64,000 nucleotides of DNA. Source: Cystobasidiomycetes sp. EMM_F5 (taxonomy: Eukaryota). A program made the translations under genes and the position numbers. Location of the stretch: NCBI GenBank assembly GCA_051047955.1, contig JBPGPT010000021.1, forward strand, positions 62,001 through 126,000. Direction: 5' to 3'. A model generated the notes under the pieces. That model was not told the origin of the DNA. It was given only the letters and a program-made list of their open reading frames with translations, and did no database searches. Shown here one piece after another: positions 1-14,096 of the stretch (the first letter of the stretch is position 1; each line of letters starts with the position of its first letter).

Positions 1-1567
1 TGTCATATTCTGTGACCGTGGATCGATGACTTCATACTCGTCAATTTTATGCTGATCCAATGTGGCGTCTTTTCGGAATTTCAAGGTATGTCCCATCCAT
101 CCGGTGTCATCATCGTCATCGCCTTCCAGAATCTCGCCTGCATACCCGTCTATGGGCTCCTCAGATTGTGCCTCTGTCTCATCGACTTCTGGTTGTGCAG
201 ACGCGGCCGCCGTTCGAAGTTTGCTTCTAAAGCCATTCAGTGCATCAAGGAGGTCGTCGTCCTCGACTTTCCGCTTCTTGCCCTTAGAACTGCCAGCGCT
301 GCCTTTTCCGACCGATCTACCACCCGTTGCATACTTTGCCCTTTCGGCCGCAAGTAAGGCTGCACCGTCATGTTTTGACTGCTTTTTCCCGTTTCCATTG
401 GTACTGGACCCTTCGCTCTGGTTCGCAGAACCCCGTCGTGTAAGGCTCTTTAGATCTGCCTGAACTTTGGCAATCTCCGCCTTGACGCGGTCGGCCTCAG
501 AAAGGGTACCATTATCTGCTTTCGTCGATTTCTTGCCTTTACCGTGTTTCTCGCTATACTCTGCATCGTTAGCAGCTACTTCCTCGACGCGAGTTGAGTA
601 GGCTTCTGCACCGAAGAGGTCACTTGCTTTCACGCGGCTCGGGCGTTGTTCCTGCATTTCTTCAGCTTTGCGTTTCGGCACAGACTTGGCCCTTTGCAAA
701 TTCTCGCCGAATCCTTCTGGCATACGCAAAGGTAGTCCACCATGATCCTTTGATTCCGCTCTTAAAGTCGGATCGTCTGCCAAGGCATCGTGTGCGCTCG
801 TCAACTTGCTGGTCCCTGCAGTGGGCGGAGCTGCGGCTTCTTCGTCATCGCCAAAGGAAACCAGGCTCTTATTCTTCACGCCTTCCTTCTTCTTACCGCG
901 CGATGCAGCAGCTTTGCGGGCTTCCTTACGGGCCTTGACTTGCTCTCGTTTCTCAGCTGCTGTGATGCGCGGCACGATATCCGGAAAAGGGTTGTCATCG
1001 ACTTCTATAGTCTTGATACTAGGTGGATAGACTGGGCGCTCGGAATCAGGTTGCAGTTCGCTTTCGCTGATCTTGACGACGTTGAAATAGGTGTCGCCCT
1101 TGACGGTGCCAAAAATTGTATGCTTGCCATTGAGAGCCTCGGCTTTGTCGAGAGTTATGAAGAATCTGCACTCGAAGCGTCAAGCGTCAATTACAGCATG
1201 CTTGGTTGACTGCACTATCAACATACTGCGACAAATTTGTGTTTCGTTTGCCGGCGTTTGCGCACGCGACTATCCCCCGACGATTGAAGCGCAGTCTCTG
1301 AGAGATTTCGTCTGGAAAGTGGTCGCCGTCGTATATACTATCACCACCCTCGCCGCTGTTGCTGGCATCGCCAGTCTGCACGCAGAAGCCCGGCACGACT
1401 CTGTGGAATTGACAGCCGTCATAGTAGCCTTCGAGTGCCAGCTGCACAAAGTTGCGGACCGCTTGCTTCGCTTCACGCGGCCATAGTTCGATTACGACAT
1501 CTCCGGCAGTGGTCTTGATAGTCACCCTGCCTTGAGTGACGGGCTCGACCGTGATGGGTTGTGCCAT
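1..1567 (-). CDS. CWC27: Spliceosomal cyclophilin-type PPIase Cwc27; multi-exon, 3' end runs off the window
   Basis: MAQPITVEPVTQGRVTIKTTAGDVVIELWPREAKQAVRNFVQLALEGYYDGCQFHRVVPGFCVQTGD...GGDSIY...FPDEISQRLRFNRRG...NTNLSQ is the Cwc27-type cyclophilin N-terminus. It is followed by a Lys/Glu-rich tail on the minus strand. Confidence 0.9.
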
Positions 1568-1811
1568 GAGTCGAACGGGTCTCAAGATACAGAAGCGAGA
1601 GATGGTGCACCCGACACGAAAGCGGTGAGAGTATGAGCACTTGCAAATGTAGCAACAACAGCAATAGATACCTAGCCTTTACCCTCCGATACAGGTTTCA
1701 CATTGATAAGCTCGAAGCTGGGAATTTCCTGAAATACTGCCAACGTCCCTTCCTGCATGACCCGAGCTGTTTACGGAGCTCTTCGATTGGCACATTCAAT
1801 TGCTGACGATA

Positions 1812-3159
1812 TCACGCCGTTGTAATGTTAGCCCATCTCTTGAGACGGAAGTCCGCCTCCCTTTTGGAGAATAAAGCAGTCAATGGGTCGTTGGAACAGC
1901 AAGCCTTGAAGCAACCCACCTGCGCTTCAAGTGCCTCTTTAGTCTGTCACACAGTTCCTCTATGTTTCCGTCGAGGCGCAACGAAGGTAGCTTGATCTTG
2001 TGCCACTCCAAATTCCTCTTGATGGCAGAAATGTTCATCGATTTCAATCGTTTGAGGTTGTCACGACCGATGTACTGATCTGTGATATTGAGATGATAGA
2101 TGGAACTCAGATCGCGCAAATATCGGCGACAATTGTCTACTCCATAGTCAGATTTCAGCATATAACTCTAGGACATACCTGGCCTAAACTTACCGGGAAC
2201 AGCAATCTCGAAGTCCTGGTAAAGCCCGTGGCTTTCTGCATACTTCTCGGCAATATAGCGGAGACTAACCATTCCGATGCGAGTCTCGCTCAAGTCTAGC
2301 TTATTCAGGTTACTCAGACAGGCCAGCTACGATGGTAGGAAGACGGGTCCAGTTCAGTGTCTTTTAGAAGTGGAAATTTCCCACCACGCACATTATGGCA
2401 AGAGCAATGCTTGATTCTCGGGTTCCTGGATAAGTCTAGCCATACTAGTCGTTTCTTGAGCGCGACCAGGTGAGCGGTAGCTTCAGAGCTGATACCAGTA
2501 CCAGAAAGATCTAGCTGGGAAATTCTCAGATTAGACAGGCATGCGACGTGCTCATTCTTGAGAGAAATGTTGCGTAGAACAAGAATCTCTAGGCTACGAA
2601 AGGCGTGAGGAGCCTGGAAGACGCGTAGGGTGTTATAGGGATTCAGGCGTGTGATGCCAATCATGTCTGGCTGCAAAGATGCTGTCAGGCTAAGCGCAGA
2701 AAGACCGAGACTTCTGAAGACTGCGAGCACATCCGGATTGAAGAGACCTGACTCTGCAGGCGTCAGCGAGAGGAGCGCATTCATGTCAAATAAAGGTAGT
2801 TCACCAGCTTCTCCGATAGCTTCGGCAACCTTGTCTACGCTGTGCCAGGGAAGATGACGTCTTGCTGAATCTTGGATGGGTAAGGGCAGCAGATCCACGA
2901 TAACATCTTCTAGAGACTGGTCGTCGGCTCGTGGTTTGTAGCCCCAGTGGCGCCGTCCTATGCTGTGGATGGTCTCGTCACATCCGTACGGAGAGTCCTC
3001 GGAGGTGAGGACGTCGGAAGATTGGTCCGAGGATAACGGGTTGTGACGATACGCTTCAGAGCCGCTATAGACGTCCTTGGCTGAGTCGAATTCCGCCACT
3101 AGGTTGGTATGTCGAACAGGTCCCTCGCTGGTTGGGATCTTGATTCTTACAATGACCAT
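1812..3159 (-). CDS. Leucine-rich-repeat protein with C-terminal SAP-like helix pair (4 inferred exons)
   Basis: LRR units: LEILVLRNISL, ISQLDLSGTGI, LVWLDLSRNPRI, LNKLDLSETRI. Canonical GT-AG introns join ORF 2314..3204 to ORF 1880..2161, and the last exon ends ...WANITTA-TGA at 1812. The start ATG at 3159 is inferred. Confidence 0.7.
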
Positions 3160-3519
3160 GTCGGAACAAGCAGTACGGAGTTGTTGAAAAGGGCAGCTGT
3201 GCAATATTAGACTGCGCAGTGGTGCTGTGACGGGCTACAGCCTGACGTGGTGTTTGATCCAAGATGTGCAGGTATTTCAGTTGTATAGAGCAGAAGAGAG
3301 ATTCAACAGGATGATGGAGGGAAAGGTTCAAAAAGAACCGGCGAAGTTTGGGTGGAATACCATTCGGAAGGGGGGGGATCCGGAGGGCGGAGTGAGGGGG
3401 TGGCGAAAAACGGTGGGCGTGCCTGTCAGAGGGTCAATGCGTACTCTCTGCAGACGATGCACTGCGTCCATGCCGTAATGTTGCAATATGATACATGCTT
3501 GCGACTGCTTCATCTATTT

Positions 3520-5851
3520 CTATGCCTTCGGCTGACTTACCGGCGTTCGCCTCCCGCCTGACAAACCAGCAGCTGCCAGCTTTTCGGCATGCTTTTGTTC
3601 AAGCTCAGCGAGCTGATGCGCAAGCTGAATGGCAGCAGGACTGTTTGCTCTCAGTGTGGCGCCGTAACGCCAGAGAATGAATGCTGAGTCGTTCGATCAG
3701 TCAGAATCCGAGCCAATTGATGAGACGCTGGCCAGACTCACGTATGACGGCCAGCACGAACCCGACCATCGCTATCAGAAATGCAGCCCATGAGTAACCG
3801 AGGTTGTTATCTGCCGGAATCACTTAAGTCGGGGTCCTTGATGACAATGCCTAGATCACTCACACATTTGCGTTACGAACAGCGGAAAGATAAATCCCAT
3901 AAAGTTCCGGACAAACGATTGTGCAGACATTGCGGAAGACGCATAGATAGTGTATGCGTCTGCAAGATACAAGAAGACTGGAAGCCAATCCTGATTAGTA
4001 ACCATATCGTTTGATTATGTTGGAGAGTGCTCACCTCCTTGGTAGATGTAATAAATGCCGCTAATAGTGATTGTCAAACCAACTAAAGGGCCAAACCAGT
4101 GCCCCTTGATAGCCCATGCGAAAATCATGCTCCCGCACGCAAACATGAGACCGCCATACAAAGAACCGTAAAGCCTTGCTTCAATGCCTTTTGTCGGTTC
4201 TACAGAAATCAGCCTCAGTCAGCCGCGTTGCGCGTCCCGAGAGCCGAATAATGAACTCACGATATCGCTTGTAAGCGCGCTCCTGAAAGATATTGCCGAA
4301 ATAGCCAACGAATCCGCCTAGACTGAACAGAAACGTCGATCTTAGAGAACAAACAGAACGCCTCATGCATCCAAAACATACGCAACAGCCAGAAAGGCCA
4401 ACCCAGAAGCACCGAGACTCCAACCGTATACGTTTTGATATACGAGCCCGACCGCCTCCACCAGCTGTAGCCACCCATCATTAGTGATTGCAGACCAGTA
4501 CGCAATGCATTACTTACGCCATAGAGTGCGCCCCAGGCAAATCCGACCCAGATCGACAATGACAAGACTAGGTCCCTCGAAATCAGCTGCCAATACCCGA
4601 AACTGGAAGACGGTCTAGCCAGAACCTCACCTATAGGTTCCGTGAAGAAGAACCATATAGGACGCGAGACTCCGGTCTTGATGAGGATCAGCAGAGTCGC
4701 GCGCTCCTCATCCGCACGACACCGATAATCAAGGCCTGTTTCCTTGCGAAGTTTTGCAGCACGACGGGATAGAATGACGGATCCTCGGGTCTCACGGAAG
4801 CAGACGAGGACGATTACAGCAGTAGCGCCAGCCATGATCATTTGTATCCATTCAATCCATCGCCAGCCTGCGTACTGTGCGACATAACCAAACATTGCTG
4901 GCCCGAAGCCCTGCAATTGAAGACGAGCATCGAGATGTAAATGGGTGGCCGATAACAGACAGTATGCTTTGACCGACCGTTCCGGCAAATGCGCCGATGC
5001 TAAAGACAGCCATCGGTCTTCCCCGTTCTTTTGCGTTCCAGATGCTTCATCAAGCATTCACAAATTTAGCACATGATCTGAAGATGATAATGAGTAGCCT
5101 ACTCTGCTATCGTTCCCCCAACCATTGTACTGCCAACGCTTCCTGCAACGCCAGACAGGAAACGGAAGACGCAGATGAGTGCCAGATCGCTTCCCAAGGC
5201 TAATGGGAGGTAGAAGACTGTAGCGACAGCGTTAGTGATGATTCTGCGAGTAAAACGCGATTGGACCCACGCGTAAAGAGCACCATGGAGGCTCTGTACA
5301 TTGTGTTGCGTCCGTAGACTTCAGAGATGGGTGCCAATACAAGTGGACCGAGTCCGAAGCCCAGAGCATATATGGAGAATGCCAGAGATATCGCAATGTG
5401 TGAGAAGCCAAGATCCTGCATCATGTCTTGGGTACCGCTAACGAAGCCAGGTCCGGCAATAGCGACAAGCAAGGTCAACCAAGATCCTGAATCCGAAATC
5501 TCGTCAAATTCTTCCGTGCTTAGAAACACTACATCTTGTGTAGTCACCGATCAGTGTTATGATCCATTTGCGCCGCCTGGGCCATTCGAACGGATTGTCC
5601 TGGTCGCCGACGTCAAATTCGACATAGATAGGGTGATTAGGTTCAGCGAGAACGGCGGTCGCATGAGACGAGGCATCGCTCGGAGCTTCTTCGGCCTTGC
5701 TTTTTGGCAGCTGTGATGGAGCTATCGTCCACTTGTGTTGCGCGTCCGACCATGCCAAAGGTGACGCTTCTGCCTGATGTGACTCCGCTCGTCCGGGCCC
5801 ACTTCCTGCTTGACTGTCCTGAAGTCCGCTTTCGACATCGTCGCGACTCAT
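3520..5851 (-). CDS. MFS transporter, DHA1 (drug:H+ antiporter) family; many introns
   Basis: Motifs: DQDNPFEWPRRRKW, GFGLGPLVLAPISEVYGR, GWRWIEWIQMI, ETRGSVILSRRAAKLRKETG, RPIWFFFTEPI, YLADAYTIYASSAMSAQSFVRN. The exact 3' end is uncertain because of a possible final intron. Confidence 0.9.
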
Positions 5852-6366
5852 AATAGCGCAGTGGTATACATATGAAACAGTGTATGCAGCTCTAAAGTAC
5901 TACAGATAGAACCAAGCTCAAACGAAAAGCTGGATCTCTTTGCCATATCGGTCCGGGCCGCGGTGCAAAGGCGGCATCTCGGAAAATATCATAATCATCG
6001 TCGAGACTTTACGATTTCTGGTTGTGTGTACACGGAGGTCGTCTTGTTACCTTTGACGCCGCGCATCTTTATATTCGCTGTTGCAGCTTTTCCCAGCCAT
6101 AAGTGTCGCCAGGATCGCTAGAAACCGGATTTCTAGATACGTTGCCTGGTCAAGTAGATCAGACCAGGTGTGGAGATGCTATACGGTGTCACAATGCGGA
6201 TTGGGAAGCGAGAACGCGCAGTCTTCGGTGGAGATAGGGTTGTTGCTTTTTCATCGTCGACCTCTCGTAATGACCTAAGATGAATTCGGGTGCGCCTGGG
6301 TAAAGAGACAGCTTCAAATCCTGCTTGTGCTGATGTATTCAATTGCTTGATTATCTGGCTTGGGTG

Positions 6367-6668
6367 TCAACGAGCTTTCTGCTCTGTGAACAGGACATGC
6401 TGTCGATTCCACCTGGTCAGCATGCCACAGCCTAGCCGTATAGAAGACGGATTTGAAAAGCACCTTTTTGATGATCCAGTCGTGCTTGAGCCTCTGCAGC
6501 TTCTCCGGCATAGCCCTCAGCTTTGTCGTCGTGTAAAATGCGCCTGTCAGGCAATTCGACCAGGCTGTTAGCTGCACAGCAGTACCGTATCTTGGCGGCA
6601 CGTCTCTCACCAGTGCCAGCGGTAGACACAAGCCGAATTATCTGTGTGCGCGCCTTGGACTTCGCCAT
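6367..6668 (-). CDS. Mitochondrial ribosomal protein bL33m (3 exons)
   Basis: Spliced product MAKSKARTQIIRLVSTAGTG/AFYTTTKLRAMPEKLQRLKHDWIIKK/HVLFTEQKAR* matches the L33 signature (RLVSxAGTGxFYTT...KxD...HVLFxE). Confidence 0.9.
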
Positions 6669-6741
6669 TCTGTTGCTGCGTCCAGCTTTGGTTGAGTTGA
6701 AACGAAGGATACCCAGTTCCTGGTTTCCGGGCTGCCAAATC

Positions 6742-8195
6742 ATGGACCATGTCAATACTGACGCAAGTCGGGCTGCATCATCTCGTCAAACTGGGTACTG
6801 ACATCTAGCTATCCTGCCAACAATACTGCGCTATTGCTGAAGATTTCCATACAGCTATCTCCTTCTAGCCATACCAATCATCCTGTGGACCTGCGTGCGT
6901 TCCGCAAGCTCCAACTTGAGTCTGCGAGCTCACACAAGCTTCGACGACGCAGTCCTCATTCATATCCAATGCGATATTCACGGATTTCAACTACCCGAAG
7001 CGTACGTAAAGTGGACGGGGTTCATATTCCCGAATTGAGGACATACTTTCCCACCAGCCTTCTTCGCGGCCTATCTCAACACCGCAAGCTTCGTGCTGTA
7101 TCTCTTGCCGAAGCTCTTCAGACGCAGCAAAGTGGAAGAGACGGCGCCTTTGCTCCGCAGGGCCGATGACTCTACTGTACCGTTCACCGACAGCGAGCTA
7201 AGCAGGCTGGCAAGGGTATTCTGCATAATATGGTGGGCGAGCAGCAAAAGCACAAATTCTGTGTAGATTGTTGAGCGTGCCAACAGGTTTGCTTCAAATC
7301 TGCTCGGTAACCTGGCACTCGGCTTGACCTCAGTCAGCAGCATGACTATCCTGACGAGCTTAAGCGGCCTATTCACGCTCATTTTTGGTGTCATCTTTAC
7401 CGTTGAGCGTTTCACAATAACAAAATTGCTGGCGGTGCTTAGCAGGTGAGCTTGAGTTCAAGTGCTGCTTATCGTGCTGGTGACTCAAGACTTGACAACA
7501 GTATTCTTGGCGTCGTACTTTTGTCAAGAGCGGATAGCAAGGTCGGTGTTCTGCAGTACTTCGTTGCGCCATCCCCTCGAATTCCGAAGCAAGCGCTACT
7601 AGGGGATGTATTTGCCCTGGGTGCCGCTTTGACGTACGCAGTGTACACTGTTTGGCTGAAAGCTCGTTGTGGTGATGAAAGGAGGATTTCGTGAGTCGTG
7701 TTGCCCCTTTAAGAGATGTGACTGATGTGTACACCTCTGCAGAATGACTCGCTTTTTCGGCTATGTAGGCGGCTGGAACATCATATTTCTACTCCCTATA
7801 CTGGCCATTCTTCACTGGACGAAACTTGAAACATTCGAGCTACCGAGACATCCACGTCTCATAGGCAGTCTTTTGGTCAACGCTGCGTTTACGTTGTAAG
7901 TCAGTAATCCGTATGTCATCACGTCAGCTAAGCACTCCTGTCACACAGCATCGGAGACATGTGCATGATGGCAGCCATGCTGCGCACTTCTCCGTTGGCT
8001 GTCACGCTGGGTCTGGCTTGTCAGATACCTCTGTCGGTCGCAGGCGATCTGTGGCGCGGCACACAAATTGGAGGCGCACAGACAGCGTTTGGCGCCGTCC
8101 TCATTATCCTTGCCTTCGTGATTGTCGGACTTGCGGACGCCAACGAGACAGAGAGCCATGGCTTGATCCGCGCGGCTGTTCAGGACACACCATGA
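6742..8195 (+). CDS. SLC35F5/Thi74-like EamA (DMT superfamily) transporter
   Basis: Spliced segments: GYLLLAIPIILWT, FNYPKPFFAAYLNTASFVLYLLP, SMTILTSLSGLFTLIFG, ALLGDVFALGAALTYAVYTVWLK, FFGYVGGWN, LRTSPLAVTLGLACQIPLSVAGD. Confidence 0.85.
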
Positions 8196-8401
8196 GCAGG
8201 AAAAGAATTCAGTCCGTTCCACACGCTGTCGGTTCGCATAATCGAAGCGAACAGCACTTCCGCACCACTGTCCCATACAAGTGGCAACAACATGGTGGAT
8301 GACTTCGACTACTACCGCTGGCATTCCACTATACACATGCGCTACAAGAAGAGAGTCGCGACAAGCACACGCCAGCAGAGTTCGCACAACAATTTATCCC
8401 A

Positions 8402-11400
8402 TCATCTACGACGAAGTGCAAGAGAGTACACTCGCTCAGTATTGCCGTCTCGAAATACGACGTGCGGTCTTCGGTCGTCTGCCTCAGATTCTCTTTGCGT
8501 CGCGCCGTCTGATGCCATCGGCGCAACGCCTTGACCGTCATAGCAACATCGTATACCCGTCCCACGGATCAACTGTACGATCTTTGTTGGATCGTTAATA
8601 TCTCGGATCTCGATGAAGCGGTTATCGAAAGCCAGAACATATGGATGGCAAAATACTATCGCGTCTGGCCTTCCTTCCCATTCGATGATATCGTTGTAGC
8701 GTTCCGCTAAGGGATCGCCGTGCTTATCAGCGAAAATGGCAAATGCTATACTTCGGAATTAGCACAGTATGATGGCACGTAGTCGATGAACTTACTATCG
8801 TAGCAGAACATGAAGCAGCCGTCGGAAACTCGGAACAAGCTTATAGCGCGCGCTTCTGCGCATCTTCTTTGAATGTTGGCCAACCTAGCATCGAAACGTG
8901 CAGGGTCAAGGCGTAAAGCTGTCCAGTCCGGGAACTAGAGAGACGTTAATATCAAGTTGAAGTCGCATACGCCGTAAATCAAGACTCACAGAAGCTGTCT
9001 TCATAGTCTCGATATCAAGAATTTCGAAGCCGACGGCACAATCGAGTGCTAGCTTGCTTCTAGTAAAGGAAAGACCATGAATCTCGGTAGGCACAACGGC
9101 ATCCTGTCGAAAGGCTTTAGCCTCGTCAGTGCGAATGATTGCAGATACCGTACCTTGTATAACCGGAACCATTCTGTTTTCTTTCCGCCTATGCCCAGGA
9201 AGCGACTGTGCTGGGCACGACTCCTGTCATTTGTAGCAATGGGTTCCATCGCTTTCAATACCGTAGAATTGACTCCATCTTTTTTTGCATAAACGGCTAG
9301 TGTACGCGGTCCGACGCGACCGACCCTGAAGAATAGTACATCCCTCTGACCAGAGACCTGTTCGGGAGGCGTCTGATTTTTGGACTCCGATCGACTGGGC
9401 ATAACTAGCGTATCAATGAGATAAGCTACGAGTTTGCCTTCAGTTTGTATCAGGAAGATGCCAAATTCTTGCAGTACGGCACAATGAGTGACCGGGATCT
9501 GTAGTATTTGACGAAGCGTTGATGGATCGTGCTGCACTGCGACGAACAGACCGCATGCAGCACCGAAAGCCACTAAGGGCTGTCGGTCGGGACCCACTGC
9601 GTACTCTACAAGATTAGTCATAGACGCGACTACTGCGTCGCAGAACCTACGGAAAGGGCACGAGCACAAGATGCGCCCGTTGGGAGGCAACGCAGCAGTT
9701 GAACCCGCTCTACGGATGTCGGGGTCAAGCAAAACTTCCCGCACAAAGATCTCATTAAGATCAAGGGCGGCTTGTCGGATCGCAATTGCCTGCTCAAGCT
9801 TGACTCGCCATTCTCTCCGGATCCTGTCATCGCGATCTTGCTTCTGGCCCTCCACAAACAATGTATACGTTCCGCCGTTCCGCCCGCTGATACGAAAAAC
9901 AATTGGCCAGACTTTGCTGTCTTGTATGGTACTCGACGCAGTGGTTTGATTGTCACGACGCTCATTTTGACCCATTACGCTGCGCAGATGAAAGCCGGAG
10001 GATTTGATCTGCGGTGGGTCGTCAAAGCCACCGACTTCGAGCATTTCCAGGCGGATCGGCTGTCAAGATCACAGGAGTATCAGATAGGGTGTTCCTGTGC
10101 CGCACGCATGCAGTCTATTGAGGAAATGACCCACTTTACGAATCAAACGATATCCTTCTCCTGTACGTCTGGGCTTGGCGATCGTTACTATGCAGGATCA
10201 AGATCAGTTTGAACGGTCGTCTTGCATACACTTGCTTACGGAAATGATCGAAGAGCATGACCTGATATTCTGACCACTCCGACAGACTGCCTTCAGGACG
10301 TGAGAGCATACGGCCATGCTGAAAGAGCTGACGAGATTCGTTGAGCAAGTCGAGATTCTATGGCGTCCGAGCTGTCAGTAGGGAACAGGAACATGCAGCA
10401 TCCGATACCTACACTGTAATTGCTGTCACGTATTATAAGTGAGTCGTATTGGAGACATGCGACAGCCATCTTAGCATTGCCCTGAGCAGTATCGCAAGCC
10501 AAGCATTGCTCGCGAATGATTTGTGCTGCCTCTTTCGCTGCTTCTTGATCAACATGTGTGTCTGGCGTTTGTTTGATGTACTCCGCTAGTAACAGAGGAT
10601 AACGCTGTAGTCGGATTGTTGCACGGGTGTGATAGTGACGAAAGTCTTGCTTAATCTTGAAAGCCTCGCGTCGAGAGCTGACAAATGCTGAAAAAGCAGG
10701 GTTTCGGTGGCGTTCCGTTTCAACGAGATAGTCGCCCTTTGCCAACGCGCCCGCATACTTAACGAATGCCTGACGCCATTCCAGACATGCATCCAGTACG
10801 ATATCTGCTATACTTTGTATCACAGGTGACTGCTCGCGCTGTCGGCTTTGCAACGCATTCAAAAATTTGTCACTGTGTTGCCGTAGCTCGTCAAGGTTGG
10901 CAAAGACATCAGTCAAGAAAGCATTCAGGCGCAGACCGTCTATGACAGACGGCTGTGCCGTGCGCAAAGCTTCATGAAATGCCTATGAATCTGTTAAATA
11001 TGACTGTCGATGTGGGTCTTCTGCTGACTCACTATCTCGAAAAGGTCCAGATCTTTCTTATACTCTTGCTCTCCTTTGATGAATTCGAAGATTATGCCCT
11101 GACGACGCTTCTCCTTCTCGCTCATAGTCTCGAGTAGGTGTGAAGGCACACTAGACGCCCAGGCATCGGGGGTTGGAGGTTCCTGTCACTCTATCACGTC
11201 AGCGATCACTGTGACCCGGCCTGAGTCCGTAGATAAATGCACCTCATTGGTTTGACTGAGTGAAACAGCCGATAGCTTTCTCTGCAGTCCGAACTGTGAT
11301 GAAGACAGTAAGTCGTCGCAACACAGCTGATTAAAGCAGACCCACTGGTGAAGGGCCATTCGGACAAAATGGAGAGTAGCACGCTCCTGCAGCAGCCGTG

Positions 11401-14096
11401 CCCGCCAGTCCACAAAAGGGTGAGTAGCATTGAGTGAATTTGGTAACTACTCCGAGCGGAAGCGCTTCTTCTGGCGACTGCGTGCGCCTGTACGCATTGC
11501 TGTTGAAATCGTATTCATTGAGACCAGCGAAAGCTGCACGGTCCTCGCCAGTGAAGCAAAAGAGCTGAGATGCAGAGTCAAGCAGCCGGACATCGGCCCA
11601 CTCTACTTCGTGGAATAACAATTGCTCATAGAGGCTACGCGCGACGTGCAGACTGACGCGGCGGTCCTCTGCAAATGGCCATGGTAAATAATCGAGAAGG
11701 CACGTCTGCATTTGCACAGTAAGCATTGATAGCTGTCAGGGAAATGACATCAGCACCTACGACTACATCTTCGCCTGTGAAGCTGCTGGGATAGGCTGAA
11801 ACAATTAAATTCAGCTATACATCTTCTCGTTGCTGGCTATTCTTGGTGCATGACGCTACTTACAGATCAATGATTGAGTATGCTCAGTCCGCGGAAGCCG
11901 GTCTTGCAGAGAACTTGCTAGATTACTCAATAGAGCAGGATTAAGATACGACTGGTCCGTATTTCGGTCACGCTCGCGTTGTGGTCCACGATTCCTCATG
12001 CGACTGGCTCTTGAGCCAAAGTAATCATCTGTGGACAATGAACTGCTGGAAGGTGCTAAAGATTTTTGGCGGGATGGTTGTTGCGTACCGCTTGCTATCC
12101 TCGCAGAGGTCGACGACGACTCGGCGAGAGAAGGAGATATTGAAATGGTGGGCGAAGACGGCAAGTGCGGCAGTTGCGGTAGGTCATCATTAGTAGCGCG
12201 GCGACTGGTTGTCCGCTTCGGCAATCGTGTCAATACCTCCGCGTAGCCGTGCGACCCTGTATCGATGCGGTTAACATGTGCTCCGGAAGCTGATGTCGAT
12301 CTCGAATCGCCGTTTGCGTCCTGACGAGAGGCAAAAGATCGCTGTGACGGCTGCCTGGCGCGCTCCCCAACGTAGCTTTGCATCGAGTGAGAAGCCACAG
12401 GTTCCGAGATCGAATGCGCGATGGGTGGAGGAGCGATGGGTCGTGGCAAGCGAGCTATTTCCGAAGGGCCAGCAGTACCCGCAATCGTCTGGTAGCGATG
12501 TGTGTTCCTCGTCTGTGACAGGGACCGCTCGGTGCCAGTCGTCTGAACAGGATGCTTGCTCGGGGGATCCGGTACGGCATTAGCTGAGCTACTCAACGAC
12601 CCCGGTGAGGAGTGCGGATCTCCAGCTGCATAGAACGCTTGCGCGAAAGCAGAACGACCATTGTCAACAAGCCTAGATGTGGAAGGCAGAGATGCTGACG
12701 CCGATCTACTATGTTCTTGAGCTCCACGTAAAGCCGGGGCTGATAGCAATGCCTCCTCTTCTTGCGGTACCGGTAATACCCTCCTAGAGCTTTTCCGGGA
12801 TGGCGAATACGACCGCCCGCTCATGCTTGAAGCTGTAGACGAGCGTGTTACCGATGAAGTGCTGGCGCTGTTCGAGAATTGACCAAGCGGCATGCTGCCC
12901 TGGCTTGTGTTACTTTCAACGGACGGTCTTGATGTCGTAGAACGACTGGAAGTTGTGAGAGATGGAGTTGAGTAATTCGAGAAATTCGACATATTGGGCG
13001 ACGCTGGGTTCATGTTGCTGTCATATACAGGTTTTGAAGTTGAGGCTGAAGATGAAGCAGCGGAATTTGTCCGTGGATGTGGTTTTCGTATAGATGGCTG
13101 CCTTGGGCCATTTGGAGTGCCAAAGCCTGAACCATGGGCAATTCGGTACGTTGACTGTATTGGTACCGGAGGCTGCGGAAGATCGTTGCTTGTGCCGTAC
13201 GACCGGCTATCGAATTGGCTGTTTTGGACAGGCGACGTCGGAATGTACGGGACAAACGGCGGCGCGGCTGGCATTGTAAGAGGTCCAGGCGGCAAGGTCG
13301 TAGGTGGAGTATTGTTACCCTCGTACATTGAGATGATACCGCCGGGAGAATATCTAGCAGGCCGTTCGTTATCAGAGTGATCTGAATAAGCATTGTAGTC
13401 GGTCGAAGCTTGGTCGGAAGGTCGTCTGCGTGATCCACTATTACCTCCGAGCGGAGCAGCATGCTTGATGTGAATATCGTTCATTTGCTCCATAAGATCG
13501 TTTAGTTGGAAGCCGGAGCTATTCACTGCCAGCGGCGGCAATGCAACCTGCATTGGCTGATACGCGCCGCTGTGAGATGCAAGTCCTGCATATCTCGACG
13601 GATCCAGATAGCCTCCGTTCGCATCTGACGGCGAACCGATAGCTTGACCATGCTGCGAGTCCTGCGAACGCGGCGACAAGCCAGCGTCGTAGTTTGAGAT
13701 TGATTGCGTCTCCCCCATCGTTGCCTTTGGGTGAGGCGGTAAACCCCATCCTATACGTCCGTACGACTGCACGGCAGCACTGTCTGTGCTGTATTGGCTC
13801 TTTGCGTAATCGTATCGAGAATCAGGCTGATGACCGCTGCCGTACTGTGCAAAATGGTCATTCTGCTCGGGCTGCGGATACCGTCCAGCAGTATCGTAGC
13901 CTGACTGGCTATAGTATCCTGGATATCCGGCGTGCTGATGCTGCTGCATATTATTGTTGGACGTGTTTGCATGACCATTGTAATCCGACGGTCCGGAAAT
14001 ATGGGCAGCATCGTGAGGGCCTCCGTAGCCATTCGCGCTGCCAGCAGGCTGTCGGTACTGCGCGCCATACCCGTAGCGAGTATCATGGCCGTTCAT
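8402..14096 (-). CDS. Rho1 guanine-nucleotide exchange factor, Rom1/Rom2/Tus1 type (disordered N-term, DEP, DH, PH, CNH)
   Basis: CYSPFC...CYSPFCP motif after the DEP region; DH domain (RLQRYPLLL); PH domain (EYQVMLFDH); CNH domain (IIEWEGRPDAIVFCHPYVLAFDNRFIEIR). Stop TGA at 8402. Confidence 0.9.

Noticed and set aside
3349..3418. G-run cluster with G-quadruplex potential
   Set aside because: The loops are irregular, and it is more simply the pyrimidine-rich promoter strand of the minus-strand LRR gene.
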